Below, piece by piece: positions 9,813-22,700 of a stretch of DNA of 64,000 bases. Both the position numbers and the translations under genes were made by a program. Each line of letters opens with the position of its first letter. Position 1 is the stretch's first letter. The DNA comes from Chrysemys picta bellii (taxonomy: Eukaryota), in NCBI RefSeq assembly GCF_011386835.1, contig NC_088791.1, positions 88,536,001-88,600,000 of the forward strand. The letters run 5' to 3'. The notes beneath the pieces are model-generated. The model saw only the letters and a list, made by a program, of their open reading frames with translations. It was not told where the DNA came from and did no database searches.

Positions 9813-10304
9813 TGTTGGCCAAATAGGGCCCGTTTCCCCCCGGAGCTTACCTAATTACACCAAGGAGGCACGGAGAGACAAGAAGACGGGTACCAGGTCC
9901 TTTATTTGTCAGTCAGCTGAGAGGGTGCTCCCATTGGCTCATGCCAGAGGAGAGACACATCTTACAGGGCCAAGCAGGCCCTTTTTTATAACCAGTAACA
10001 AACAACTTAGCCTTGATTCTTTTGCGTCATTACACTGACCTATAGATAATAGGTTACACAGAATACATATATTATTTTGGGGAAGGGGATACAAGAAACA
10101 TCTGTTGCGGATACATTTATCATATTGAAGAGAGAACAAGGTACATCCCTTGACCCTTTGCACTAAATACCTTGGGGAGATATGGAGAAGCAGCTGCATA
10201 TACTTGTGAGCCAAATGAGCCAATTAGCAAATAGCTGACATGGTTAAATGCATGGTTAGATACACATCCTTAATTTTATTTAGATCTCTAGGCCTTTTCC
10301 ATCA
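9813..10304 (-). repeat. ERV 5' LTR
   Basis: Direct repeat of 1675-2166. Minus-strand TATAAAA at 9984-9990 and AATAAA at 9901-9906. Confidence 0.97.
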
Positions 10305-11450
10305 CCGGCTGGGAAAACGGGGGCGGTGCAGGGAAAAGGCTCCCAGCAGGGCTCCAGGGGCACCGAGCACAGCCCGGGGGCAGAAGCCGCGCGAGAGCCG
10401 AGGCTGGGAGCCGGGCGGGTGACGTCATGAGGGGCGGGGCAGGTGGCTGAGGGTGAGGGGAGCTTAGAGAGGGTGACGTAGCTTGGTGACCCCGGGAGCG
10501 GGAGGGGCCATGGGCAGTCCCGCCCCCAGCCCGTCGGACCCTCTCGGCCCGCGCAGCATCGCGGCGTCGACAGAGCCGGGACACGCCCCCTCTCCGCTGT
10601 TACCGCCCCGCCCGCTGCAGCGTCACGTGGCCTCCTCTCGGGTGACTGGGCTAATGGTCGGCAGAGCCCGCTTCCCTCCCGCCGCCGCACCATAGAGCCC
10701 GAGGAGGTCTGTTTCAGACCGGCCCGAGGCGGGCGACGCTCTGGCTGCCAATTTCCGGCACCTCTAAGGCTCTCGGGCCCAACTGGAGGTTCCGGGGCGG
10801 AAGTGGCGCGCGCGTCCCGCCCGCGACCATTGAAGATGGCGGCGAGGCCGAGGAGGCGAGGAGCCGAGGGGACAGCGTAGAAACCGCCGCTCCGCAGCGA
10901 GACAGAGGAGCTCGGCTCCCGCCCTTCAGAGGGGTGAGAGGAGCAGAGCAGGCTGGGAGACAGACCGACCGCTCGCTGTGCTCCTGCGCGTCTCCTCCCC
11001 CCTCCCCGGTAGGGGGAGTGGAGCAGCCCAGGGACCTGCAGGGCCCCCGGGGGTGGGGGGTATCACGGAACTGCAGGAGAGGGAGGGGGGTTCTCCCCCC
11101 TGCCAGGCCACTTCTCCCCCCGCCTGCCGGCGCGCCCAGGCCGGCGGCTCTGCGGGGAAGGAGCCGCGATGCCGGGGAAGTTCTCAGGGGGCGGGGTAAC
11201 GGGGGGCAGGTATCGGTATCAGGCCGGTTGTGGTCAGCAGAGCAAGGGCTTGTTCCCAACCGTATCTGTGTCTCGGGCTCACTGTTGCCTCGGACCTCGT
11301 GTCCTGCAGGCCTGGAGTCTGTACAGGGAGGGGGCTTGTACCTAACTGTCCTGCACAGAGACAAGGTGAAGTTAAGGCTGCGAACACGTTAATGACCCGA
11401 GGGTCTGGTGTCCTCAGGGTGTTCGGAGCGGGATGGTGCGGGAGGTGACC
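10305..11450. promoter_or_regulatory. CpG-island promoter of WBP11
   Basis: Very GC/CpG-rich. Full CRE TGACGTCA 10420-10427, ETS CGGAAGT 10798-10804, YY1 AAGATGGCGGC 10833-10843 and GC boxes. Confidence 0.85.
10830..10933 (+). other. WBP11: Putative non-coding exon 1 of WBP11 (start approximate)
   Basis: Within the CpG island, ending at donor GG|GTGAGA (10934). The next exon has acceptor TTTTCAG| at 13600 and 51 nt of UTR before the ATG. Confidence 0.5.
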
Positions 11451-13651
11451 TCAGTATTACATACCCGAAAAATGCAGAGTTTGGGACCCTTATGTGAGAG
11501 GTATAAATCTGTTAACTCCCCACCCCATAGTATTCCTGGCTAGAGAAATAATGATCTGAGAAATCAAACTTGTGTTGCCTTAACTATCCATAAGAGATGG
11601 CTTATTTTATCAGTGAACTCAAAAGCTAGACTGCTTTTGTTGTACGCATGGCTGTTATGATGCTTTATAACCAGACAGTACAGATAAAAGCATTTTACAA
11701 ATGCTGAATTAAACCGTATATTGAATACAATCATTTCTAGCTCTTCAGTAAGGGCCCAGTCTACTCACATACTGAGGGCACCTAATGCCATCTTAGTGCA
11801 ATGCTCAGTATCTTAAAGGTAATCATGTGATTATAATGCTCATTATGTGGCAGAAGATTAAAAGTTTAATTACACATAAACTAGCCTGTCTTCATATCCA
11901 AACTTTCTAACTCCAGATAATGAAATTAGAGCACTTGCATAAAAAGAGGAAAGGTTAGTGTGGTGACAGATCTTCACAGTTTATACTAGAGACACAATTT
12001 ATGAAGAAAAATTCTAAATCCAGATGTTCAACAATGCACATTTTTGAGACTCTTCACATAAAGGAGGGCAGATGATAAACTGGTATCCCTGTGATAGAGA
12101 GGTGATTGGTATGGGATGTATGGAAACAGTGTACAGAGAGGTATACATTGTAGGCTGCAGCAGGACCACAGATCTTGTGCAGCCTTAAATTCAACTGGAT
12201 GTCATGTTTCCATTTGGATGGTGGTTTAATGGAACACACTAACTTTTGAACACTGCATTGGATTAATTCTAAAATTTCAAAGAATGTTCTAGATATCAGT
12301 GGGCAGAAGAACACTATTGATTTTGAGGAAGTTGAGAAGGGGAAAGTGGGGGACATGCAGAGCTCCTGCCATTGATTTAGTAGAGCTGCCCACATCTTCA
12401 AGTACCTCTGTAGTTGTTTACAGATTAAATAACTCGTTGATGAAGCCAACACCTTGCAACATAGCAATACTGTCTCTTCTCTGTCCATCCTCCCAATAGT
12501 GTGATGTTCACATCCTGAATGGTTTATCTCCCAGACAGAAAGAAGAGAAGTAATAAAGGGGGGAGAGTAGGGGGACACAGAGCCATGGCATGTATGCTAG
12601 TGGAGAAGTGTGGAAAGCAGGGGGAACCCTGTTATGAGGGAAGGGGGAATGTGGGACAACCCCTGGCATGGGAGTGAAATGGGAGATCACACTGAACCCC
12701 AGGTGAGGGGGAGAATGGAGGACCCTGCAGTGGGAGGATTGGATGGCACTCAGAAATCCTGTCATGAGGTTGAGAGTGTTTCAGGGAGTCCCAGAAAGAG
12801 AGAGGGATGAGATGATGGCATACAGGGAGTTGTTGCAGGGGGAGAGGGAGGAATGCAAGGAGCTCTGCCCTACAAGTCAGCTCAGGCCTAATGCCTGAAC
12901 CAGACCTAAACCCAGCTGACCAACCCTAGAGGATTGAGTCATTTTCCAACCCAACCCTGACATTTGTCCCCAAACCTGAATCAGCGCTGCTGTTCTCCTC
13001 CTGCCCCTGCTGTTGGAATTGCAGCAGCTGTGGGCCATGCTCCTGCTGTCCAGCAACTCCTGCTGCGCTGTGTGAACTGTAGAGTGAGAGGTACTTGAAC
13101 TCTTCAGCATGATCACTCTGCAGCTCACGCAGCGCAGCAAGATGGTGGTGGCCACCAGGAGCAGAGCATGCAGCCGTTGCGGTGCTGACCCCATCGCCAA
13201 GCCGACATGAGCCCAAGAGGGTCTGGTTGTTTTCACACCCGACCCGGGCCCGACACTTGTAGTTGGGCTTAGGTTGAGTAGCAGGGCTCTACTCTAATTT
13301 CAGAAGCAACAAAGTGTGCAAAACCCTAGTAAATACAAACATGATACTTTTCATTTGATTATTGAAATGAATGAGATGCAATAGTCATTTGCTGACGAAA
13401 TGGTGTGGTTGTGCGGCTTTGTATGTTTGCCTGAGTCTGCAGTGGCATTCTGCACATTCTTGAGAGCTGGGATTTAGGGAGGTGACAGACATTTGAGTTT
13501 CTGGGAAAACAAGCACTAATGTGGGGGGCGGGGGAAAGAGGAGGAACTGGAGTATTCTGACTACTACATACAGCATGTGACGTGGCTTTTTCTTTTTCAG
13601 GTGTCTTTTTTTCCCCCATTTTATTGAAGCAGTAAAAAAAAATTGGTCAAA

Positions 13652-13715
13652 ATGGGGCGGAGATCAACATCCTCCACCAAGAGTGGGAAGTTCATGAACC
13701 CTACAGACCAGGCCC
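13652..13715 (+). CDS. WBP11: WBP11 coding exon 1
   Basis: MGRRSTSSTKSGKFMNPTDQA; donor GTAAG. Confidence 0.95.
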
Positions 13716-16700
13716 GTAAGTAGTCACTAAATTTCTTGTTGTAAGAATGGTTAATTCATCTGAGATAAAAATGGGAATGAAAGCTGGTTGGGAGTCAGGT
13801 GAGATTCCACAAGCATTGTGTAGTTAGAGGAGGAAACAAGACTACACACATCTATTCCTCCTGCATTAGTGTAACTGCTAAGATTCTGATGGTCAAATAA
13901 GCATCTAGAAACAAGCACAAAGATCAACTCTCACTATCAAATAATTCAGATGGTCATGATTAGCAATGTTTTAAGTTTGTCCAAAATGTAGATTTTAAAA
14001 AAAAGTTTTTTCTATTCTAAGCATAGAATATTTCAGTTTCTAGGGTGTTAATCATTTAATTAGCATTAAATTCATATAGTCTTGTTTCAAAAAGACTCCT
14101 TACTCCAGAACTTGTTACATCAATTAGGTGGGTGTATATAGAAATATCTCTGCTTTTGGAGGAGTGGGGTTGCTAGTATGGCCATCTATCGCCTTCCTTC
14201 TTCTATAATGGGTATGAAATATGATTGTTTCTAATAAAATATCTGAGACTGTGAAAGTGGGGGTGGATAAAATTTGGCTTTTAAATCACAAGCTGTTAAG
14301 AAACAGAACTTCAGTAGTCACAAGGGAAGAGTTACGACTATATTTGCTTCTTTTTCAATTAGTCATTTCTCTCTTCTGCAGGAAAGGAGGCCCGGAAGAG
14401 GGAGCTGAAGAAGGTAAGACACTATTACCATCCCTAAGAACACCTGGCCAGCACCTTTCTAATATGCATCACATTCCCAACTGTTATGGGCTTGAGACAA
14501 TAGGTAGAATCCAGCCTTTCTGGTTGGCTTCTCAGGAGTCACTTTCTTTCTGTGGAAAATGTTGTCTGACCAAGTAATTTAAAGGAATGTTGTCAACTTA
14601 AGTCACATTTGTCTGAATTTTATTAACCTACAACTTCTACTTGTAATACCTAAAATAGAAGAAAAAAAAAAAAGAGATTTTTTTTCTCTGTTTACTTTGT
14701 TCATTTTATAGCACTTTGTGTTCCCCTGTTGTTTGTGTGGGTCTTTTCCAAAGCAACTGGGGCGGGAGAAACATTTTTAAATGTGAGGCGGAAAAAGACT
14801 AATATTACAACAATTGGCAGTTCAGGGACACAGTGTATATGGAATACCTGAAAGTACTTTAACTCAGTGGTTCTCAACCAGGGGTATACATACCCCTGGG
14901 GGTACACAGAGGTCTTCTGGGGGTACAGCAACTCATCTAGATATTTGCTTAGTTTTACAACAGGCTACAGAAAAAGTACTAGCAAAGTCAGTACAAACTA
15001 AAATTTCATAACAGACAATGACTTGTTTATATTGCTCTGTATACTATACATTGAAACGTAATTACAGTATTTATATTCCAATTGATTTATAATTATATGG
15101 TAAAAATGGGAAAGTAAGCAATTTTTCAGTAATAGTGTGCTGTGATACTTGTATTTTTATGTCTGATTTTCTAAGCAAGTAGTTTTAAGTGAGGTGAAAC
15201 TTGGGGGTACGCAAGACAAATCAGAAAGGGATACAGTAGTCTGGAAAGGTTCAGAGCCACTGCTTAACTCACTTTTAAAATGGACCTTACAGGGTGGTGT
15301 TGAGTGATTAACATTCGTAAAGCACTTTGAAAAGAATGGATGAATTTATTTCTCTTTCCTGAGGGAGTTCTTTGAGCACATTTAGAAGTCCCGGAAAGCT
15401 GAATTACAAAGAGAAATGTGATGTCATAGATTATATCTGTTCCCCTATTTATCCTAGAACAACAGCACTGTTCCTGATTTTTTTATTCTCTGACCTTCTC
15501 AGAACAAGAAGCAGCGGATGATGGTCCGAGCAGCTGTACTTAAGATGAAAGATCCCAAACAGATCATTCGGGACATGGAAAAATTGGATGAGATGGGTGA
15601 GTGGGTACCATCTGGAGGGACTTGCATTTAGGGTGAGAGGGGAGATGGAAGGATCAGATAAGATGGGAGGTGAGAATTGAGAGATGGGACAAGATGGGTT
15701 TAGGGGTTAATGGAGTGACTATGTGGGTTGTACTGTGGAAACTTTGCCAAGTACTGGGTTTTGCTTGTTAGAAGGATTGGAGAAGAAAAGGGGGTAAATG
15801 GTTCGTGGAATGGGAATAGATGGTGAACTTTTTCAAGGTAATTGGATATTGGAGAATTTTGGATGACTAGACGTTCCTATGGAAGACAAAAGGATAGGAG
15901 TGGTGCATATTGTCTCTAATGGCTGTGTAAAAGGAGACAACCCCCTTAAGGGTCTGAATCAGCTTTCCATCAGGTCTCCAGATAGTCATGTCATTGTCTC
16001 TGGAGGTTGCTATATTGAACATGTGTGCAGTATATGCAATTGGGTAATCATGGCTTCTGTTGCAAGTCTCCCCTATAATTTTCTTTTTGGAATTGTTTGT
16101 TGCCTTGGTCCTACTCTCCCGGATCAGAGTTTAACCCAGTACAGCAGCCACAACTTAATGAGAAGGTGCTGAAGGACAAGCGCAAGAAGCTGCGTGAGAC
16201 CTTTGAGCGAATTCTGCGGCTGTACGAGAAGGAGAATCCTGACATCTACAAAGAACTGCGCAAGCTGGAAGTGGAGTATGAGCAGAAGAGATCGCAGCTC
16301 AGCCAATACTTCGATGCTGTCAAGGTAACATTGTTCCAGACTTGGTCCTCAGTCCCTGCCACATTGAGTATTTTCACCAAGCTGTGCACCGTGCACGTTG
16401 GCCACCTCCTCAGTCATAGTACTTTAGCAGGGACAACATGATGAACCATCAGTATGTCCTCAGTGTTTCTGTGATGTACTATATTTTATTTCTTGGAAGG
16501 TTACAGGGAAGGATGGTTTTGGAATGGTTTTACAATGGAAGCCCTAACTATCTTGCATACCCTGGCTTGTGAGATACGTCTTTTGTAACGGGAATTAAGC
16601 TAATTTTGTTTTAAAACCCTCCTAAGTGTGTACGCATGTAATGAGTGTGTCTCAGCATTTATTTACAAGTGTTTCTGTTGTTCTGCTGTAGTATCTGAGT

Positions 16701-19700
16701 CCCTAAGCTCTGTCCCACTCAACTATAAATCCTTCCTATAATGGGTGCTTCCCAGATACTCTGAAGGACATGGTGTTCTTGCCTGCAGTATATCTTTGTT
16801 TGGGAACTAAGGGCATGTCTACACTAAAAACTTAAGTCGACCTCTATTAAGGTCGTAATTACTGTGGTGGTTCATGTCCACTGTCCCCTCCTTCAGTCAG
16901 TGGTGTGCGTCTTCACCAGGAGCGCTTCCACCAACCTAAGGCAGAGCTGGGCTTTGAGCTCCACTTGTGGCTCCCCACCAGGTGCCTGGCTGCCCCACAG
17001 GCTCCCCTCCCTGCCTCTACGTTCCCTGCTGGGAGCCTGGCTACCCCTGGCTCTCAGCCATCAGCTCCCCGCTGGAAGCGGGGTGGCTGCCTGGGCTCCG
17101 AGCGGGGAGTCAGGACCCCGGGAGCAGCCTGGCAGGGAGCCTGGGTAGCAGCTCAGCTGGGATGGGGGAGCCTGGACCCTGGCAGCAGCCCAACTCCAAG
17201 CGGGGAGCCCCCTCCTGGGCTGGGAGCAGGGATGACTATTTTGTCAATTTCATGGCTCCAGCATGGCGCCAGAAATTGACAAGAATGACAGCCAACAGCT
17301 GATGTAAATAAGACAGTATCTAGGAGGACACTGCTTGCCCTAACTGCTCCTGTATAAGCCTTATGCTTCTCGTGGCGGTGGAGTTGTCTGTGTAGTAGGG
17401 CACTTACATCGGAGGGAGCAAGATGGTAGTGTGTACACTGACATAGGTCGACATAAGCTGCCTTATGTTGACCTAACTGTTGTGTAGACCGGGGCTAAGT
17501 ATCTTAAGAGGAATATAAGCCTGATCAGGTTTTGATTATTTGAATGGGGAAATGTTTTCAGCTAGCTGAGCTCTGTGTGTTACCGTTGACCAAAGAGGCC
17601 TTAATTATTTTATGCTCGTGATCTGTTTCTCCAAATGTTCATTCAGGGGTCTAACACAGAGAGTGACATACCAGTTGGACAGGCAACCTTCTGAATAACC
17701 ATTTTTATGAGGGAAAGAACTGACTCGCTACCCTCTGTATTCTATAAAGTGAGGAGTGTGCACATGATCCTCTTCCCTTTGCCTCCTAAGAGATTAACCT
17801 GCTTGCTTTTTGTATTTCTTGCAGAATGCACAACATGTTGAAGTGGAGAGTATACCCCTGCCAGACATGCCTCATGCCCCCTCCAACATCCTTATACAGG
17901 ACATCCCCCTACCGGGGGCTCAACCACCTTCTATCCTCAAGAAAACATCAGCCTATGGGTAAGAGGGAAGTGTCATGGAGGGGTAATAAATGCTGAACAC
18001 CCATGTGTTGCAGGTGGGTGTAAGAGGTTGTTGATAGAAGTGATGTTTGGGAGAGGGGAATTGGAAGTCCTGACGGAGTGATGAATCCTAAGTTCTATAT
18101 GTATTTCCCCTCTGTTTTTGCAGTTAAAATCCTTCTTTGTGCCTTGGTCATCTCTCATACTGACTCTGATAAGTGTCTCTGGTCTTCCTGCATATCTTGT
18201 TTTGCACATTAGTCCACCTTAAGCTCCATTGCTAGAGTTCTTCTCCCACTGTTCTCACTGTGATATTTTTTGCCTTAAATACTTTCATAGGCTTCTTGTC
18301 TGCTGCTGTGTTAAATTCAAGCTTCTATTTCACGGTTGTCTACCGTTGCTTTCACGGAGGGATGGGGGAGGCTGTACCCAGAACCACCAGCGACAATGTT
18401 TTTTGCCCCATCAGGCATTGGGATCTCAACCCAGAATTCCAATGGGCGGGGGAGATTGCGGGAGCTATGGGATAGCTAGCCAGAGTGCAACACTCAGGAA
18501 GTCGAAGCTAGCCTGGATACATGGATGCACACCGCCGAATTAATATGCTTAGTGTGGCCGCATGCACTTGACTTTATACAATCTGTTGCCAAAAATTGAA
18601 TTCTGTAAATTCGGAATAATCCCGTAGTGTAGACATACCCTTAGGGTACGTCTATACCCAGCCGCTAGTTCGGCGGCTGGCAATCGAACTTCTGGGTTCA
18701 ACTTACCGCGTCTTGTCTGGACACGATAAGTCGAACCCGGAAGTGCTCGCCGTCGACTGCGGTACTCCAGCTCGGCGAGAGGAGTACCGCTGAGTCGACG
18801 GGGGAGCCTGCCTGCCGCGTGTGGACCGAGGTAAGTTCGAACTAAGGTACTTCGAACTTCAGCTACGTTATTCACGTAGCTGAAGTTGCGTACCTTAGTT
18901 CGATTTGGGGGTTTAGTGTAGACCAAGCCTAAATCTGGCCTCTCTCTCACATCCTCCTGCTCTCCCTTTCCTCTTACTGATTACTTAGCATCCTTTTATT
19001 TCTGTCAGCTTCATGGTGTCTTCATTTTGCTCCCTATGTTTGCACCAGTTCCCATGTGTCCTTACTCTTCTCCTTCTGTCTTCCTTTAAGCCTGTTTCTT
19101 CCATAAAGCTTTATCTCTAATATCCATCAGCAGTGTCTCCAAACCCTCCCACGTTTAATTGATGACCTCTTTTTTTGAGTCAGTTCATAAATTCGTTGGG
19201 CAAGGATAATGCCTTACTCTGTTTTTGTACATTTCTAATGTATTTTCATAACATTTAGTACAGGGACAGCTGGATCATTGTCTAAATGGTTGCTGTGAAG
19301 GTGATTGTGAGGAATTGGGACAGATTTTCGTGTGTATCCCCTTTATGATTTTTTTGTTAATTTCCAGCCCTCCAGTCCGGCCCATTTCTGTACTTCCACC
19401 TCCTGGACTTGGTGTTCCACGGTTACCCCCAGGTCGGAAGCCCCCTGGGCCTCCTCCAGGGCCTCCTCCACCTCAAGTCCTACAGATGTATGGCCGTAAA
19501 GTAGGCTTCACTTTAGAGATGGCCCCTTGGAGGCGAGAGGAAGAGATTTCTTACAGTCCTGACATAGGTAATAAGTTGTTCCTCCTTTGTCCCAGACCTC
19601 ATGTTATCCTTGTACTGGAGATTTACCTTGACTTCTGTCTGCTCTTCCACTGATTGTGCTACAGTGAATGAGGTGTGCACTGGCATTGCCATTATGACTT

Positions 19701-22700
19701 AACTGGGAGGGAATGTGCAGACTGGTTTCTGTAGGTTCACAGAGAATTTTTTTACTATATGAAAGATTGAAATAACTACATAGCTTGGTCAAATGATAAC
19801 TAAGATAAGATACATTTGCAAGTGTTTGAAGGGTGTTGAATCCTCTGAGATGAAGAACCTGTCTAGATGGTTATAGTTAAGTGGAATGGAATGAAATTGA
19901 ATAAAGGGGGGAAACGAGACTGGATATCAATAAGCCTTTGCTGCTAATAGGAAATTATTCTCTAGTCTATGAGATTTAACTAAGGGAAATGGTAGAAAAC
20001 CCTATCATTTGATTGAACAAAACCATCTGAAAAACTATCCTACTGGGAGACAGATAATTTTCCATTTCAGACTTCTGTGAGCAAAAGTCTCAGCTGCACG
20101 CCTCTTTAGTTTTGGAGATAGCGTCCTTCATTTAAATAGTTACGCTCCTAAACCGCTTGGGAGGTGCTGGTATGCTGCGTAATTTAAAGTCAGTTAATTT
20201 AATATTAATTACATTTACTTATCAAATGTCAAAGCTTCAAGTTATAACTTTCAAATACTTGGTTTTACACCAGTACGTTGTTGAATGGGAGAGAAATCTC
20301 CCCCCAGGGTTCATGGCTACAAGATTGTGGGATCCCGCATTTTAAAATCTCCCCAGCTGGCATCATTCAGAAAAGTTGTGCATATTCTTTCATTCCCACC
20401 CAAAGCGATTCTCATTAGCACCTGTAGGATTAGTAGCACCAAAAGGGAAACTAATTAGACCCTCCTATTTCATTTAATTCCTGCAGGACCTCCATATATT
20501 GCATAGTGAAACTAAGTTTATCAGCTTATGCACATAATGGAGTGCTATGTAGACATAACATTAGGACTTGGGGGACTAGAAAAGGCACAAAGTAGAGTGA
20601 CCAGAGAAATTCAGAAACGTAGAAATGGATAAATAGAAATGAACTGGTGAATTTTAGGGTGCAGATATTGTTCAGTAGCCAAAAAACAAGCAATGGTGAT
20701 AGCTGATTGGATTAGTAACAAAACAACCTCAAATAAGATCCCCATCCTAGAGGGTTTTTTTAACCCCCCTTTTGTTCCCCTCTCCCCATTCCTAGATAGT
20801 GAAATGAAATTACTGTCTTCTTTTAGAAATAGAACTGATTAACTCTCCACTTGGAGAGGGAGCTGAAAGGATAAATGCTAGACAATGTATGTCCTTTCCT
20901 CACTGGAATGGAGTTTGTCTGAGATGGGGGTTCTGTAACTATAGAAATAAACCTAAGACGACGTATATTCTCATTCTTCCATGTTGGTGTGCTTTGCTTC
21001 CTGATATTCTCCTCTCTCATTCTCAGGTCAGCGAGGGCATGATGATGATGCCTCCAGTACCAGTGAAGATGAAGGGTATCCTGAGGACATGGATCAAGAC
21101 AGGCATGATGACAGTAGTGATGACAGTGATAGTGACAGATCGGATGCAGACAGTGAAGGCGATGAATTCCTGCATCGTGACAATGACAATGAAAGGGAGG
21201 GTGAAGACAAGAAATCAGGTTTGTGCGGTGGGAACTCCACTTCATTATAGTCTGAAAAGTGACTGAAAATAGAACTGCATTATAGCCTGAAAAGTGACAC
21301 TCTTATTTCTGTTTGTTCTGTAGTCATGAGGCTGAAAGAAGAGCAAACTGAATTCTGTTGTGGCTCAACTAACTAAATTATTACCTAAGATCCTATTACA
21401 GAATTTTCATTACTGCTGATAAATGAGTCAGAAAGCACCCAGCTGAAATTTGAGATCCCAGGCTGAGGTTGCAACATTAGTATTCAAATTTAGCTGTCTT
21501 GTTAAAATATATACACACTTGACCTGGAGTATTGAGTCAGAAACAAGGATCTCCACAATGCAATTTTTAGTTCCATGTCAGAGTAGAACCACACTTTAAT
21601 GACTTGAGACTTTTCAAAAGAACTGTACAAGATACATAATTGAATTTCAGGCTAGTCCTATACAGAGACTACTTCACTCAGTGTAGAAGAGCATCAACCA
21701 TCCATTCAACTATATAAGTGATAGTCAGGAACAATGTATTTATTTGAAACTGATGGAAATTTTAGGTCAGCAGGATGTAATAAGGCAAATAACACCGATG
21801 TTAACATTCTTACTATTTTGAAAAGAGTCACGAGATATTTAATTTGCTATCCACATCAAATGATAACTTGTATATATTTAATCTCTCTCTTTTCCCTGTG
21901 CTTATCTCTGCAGGGCTTAGTGTGCGGTTTGCTGACATGCCTGGGAAGTCACGGAAAAAGAAAAAGAACATGAAGGAACTGACTCCACTTCAGGCCATGA
22001 TGTTGCGAATGGCAGGTGAGAACATAGGTTCCCTAGCTGGTGAACAAAATATTTAGCTTTTTAAAAAAAATATTGTTGCTTGTTTCATTTCTCAACCCTA
22101 ATGAAGATAATTTAGACTAATGAAACATTAATATTTCTGTTTTTAAGAGGAGGAAAGAGCTGGGGAGAACTTAAAACTGAGTTGCTGTTTAAGTAATTTA
22201 TCTCTTGAGGCAACTTTACTATGTTCTCAATATTCTAAAGCCTTTCAGGATTAAGATGCCCATAAAAGATGTATAAAGGCAACCTCATAACTTCATCGAT
22301 ACTGTCTTTCTCCAAACTTTAGTTCATTTTTCCTTCCTCATTCAGAACTGCACTTGTGTCCACTTGGAAGTGTCAGCTGTTTCACTTCTCTGCTCATATA
22401 AAATCACCTTTTTAAAAAAAAAGTGAAAGTTTTTTACTTTTGTATAATTCAAAGGGCTAAATCAATTTTCCACGTGTTTCCCCCCCAAATCCCCAAACCG
22501 TAGCTATGTGAAGTTATGCAAGAGACATTTCAGCCCAAAAGGAATTGTTAACTCCTGAAAATATGGGGTTATAATGAGACAGCCTTCCATGCTCCATGGT
22601 AGTGCTACCAGCGAGAGCTGTACTGTTTTCCTGTTACCTATTTTGTATAATAGCTAACTGAGGCCAGTTTCTTCTCTCCTCCCCATCACCATTTTGTGGG

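Larger units (their letters stand above)
1675..10304 (-). mobile_element. Full-length class I (gamma-like, ERV3/HERV-E-type env) endogenous retrovirus, LTR-gag-pro-pol-env-LTR
   Basis: Two 492-bp direct repeats with TG...CA ends, flanked by CCGG at 1671-1674 and 10305-10308 (4-bp TSD). PBS, PPT and gag/pol/env ORFs lie in canonical order on the minus strand. Confidence 0.98.

Noticed and set aside
10280-11448. Many overlapping ORFs up to 216 aa in the WBP11 CpG island
   Set aside because: Expected from stop-codon scarcity at high GC; Pro/Arg/Gly-rich with no family resemblance.
12100-12500. Possible ancient RTE-type LINE fragment (FKYLCS-like motif)
   Set aside because: Too degraded to support by eye.
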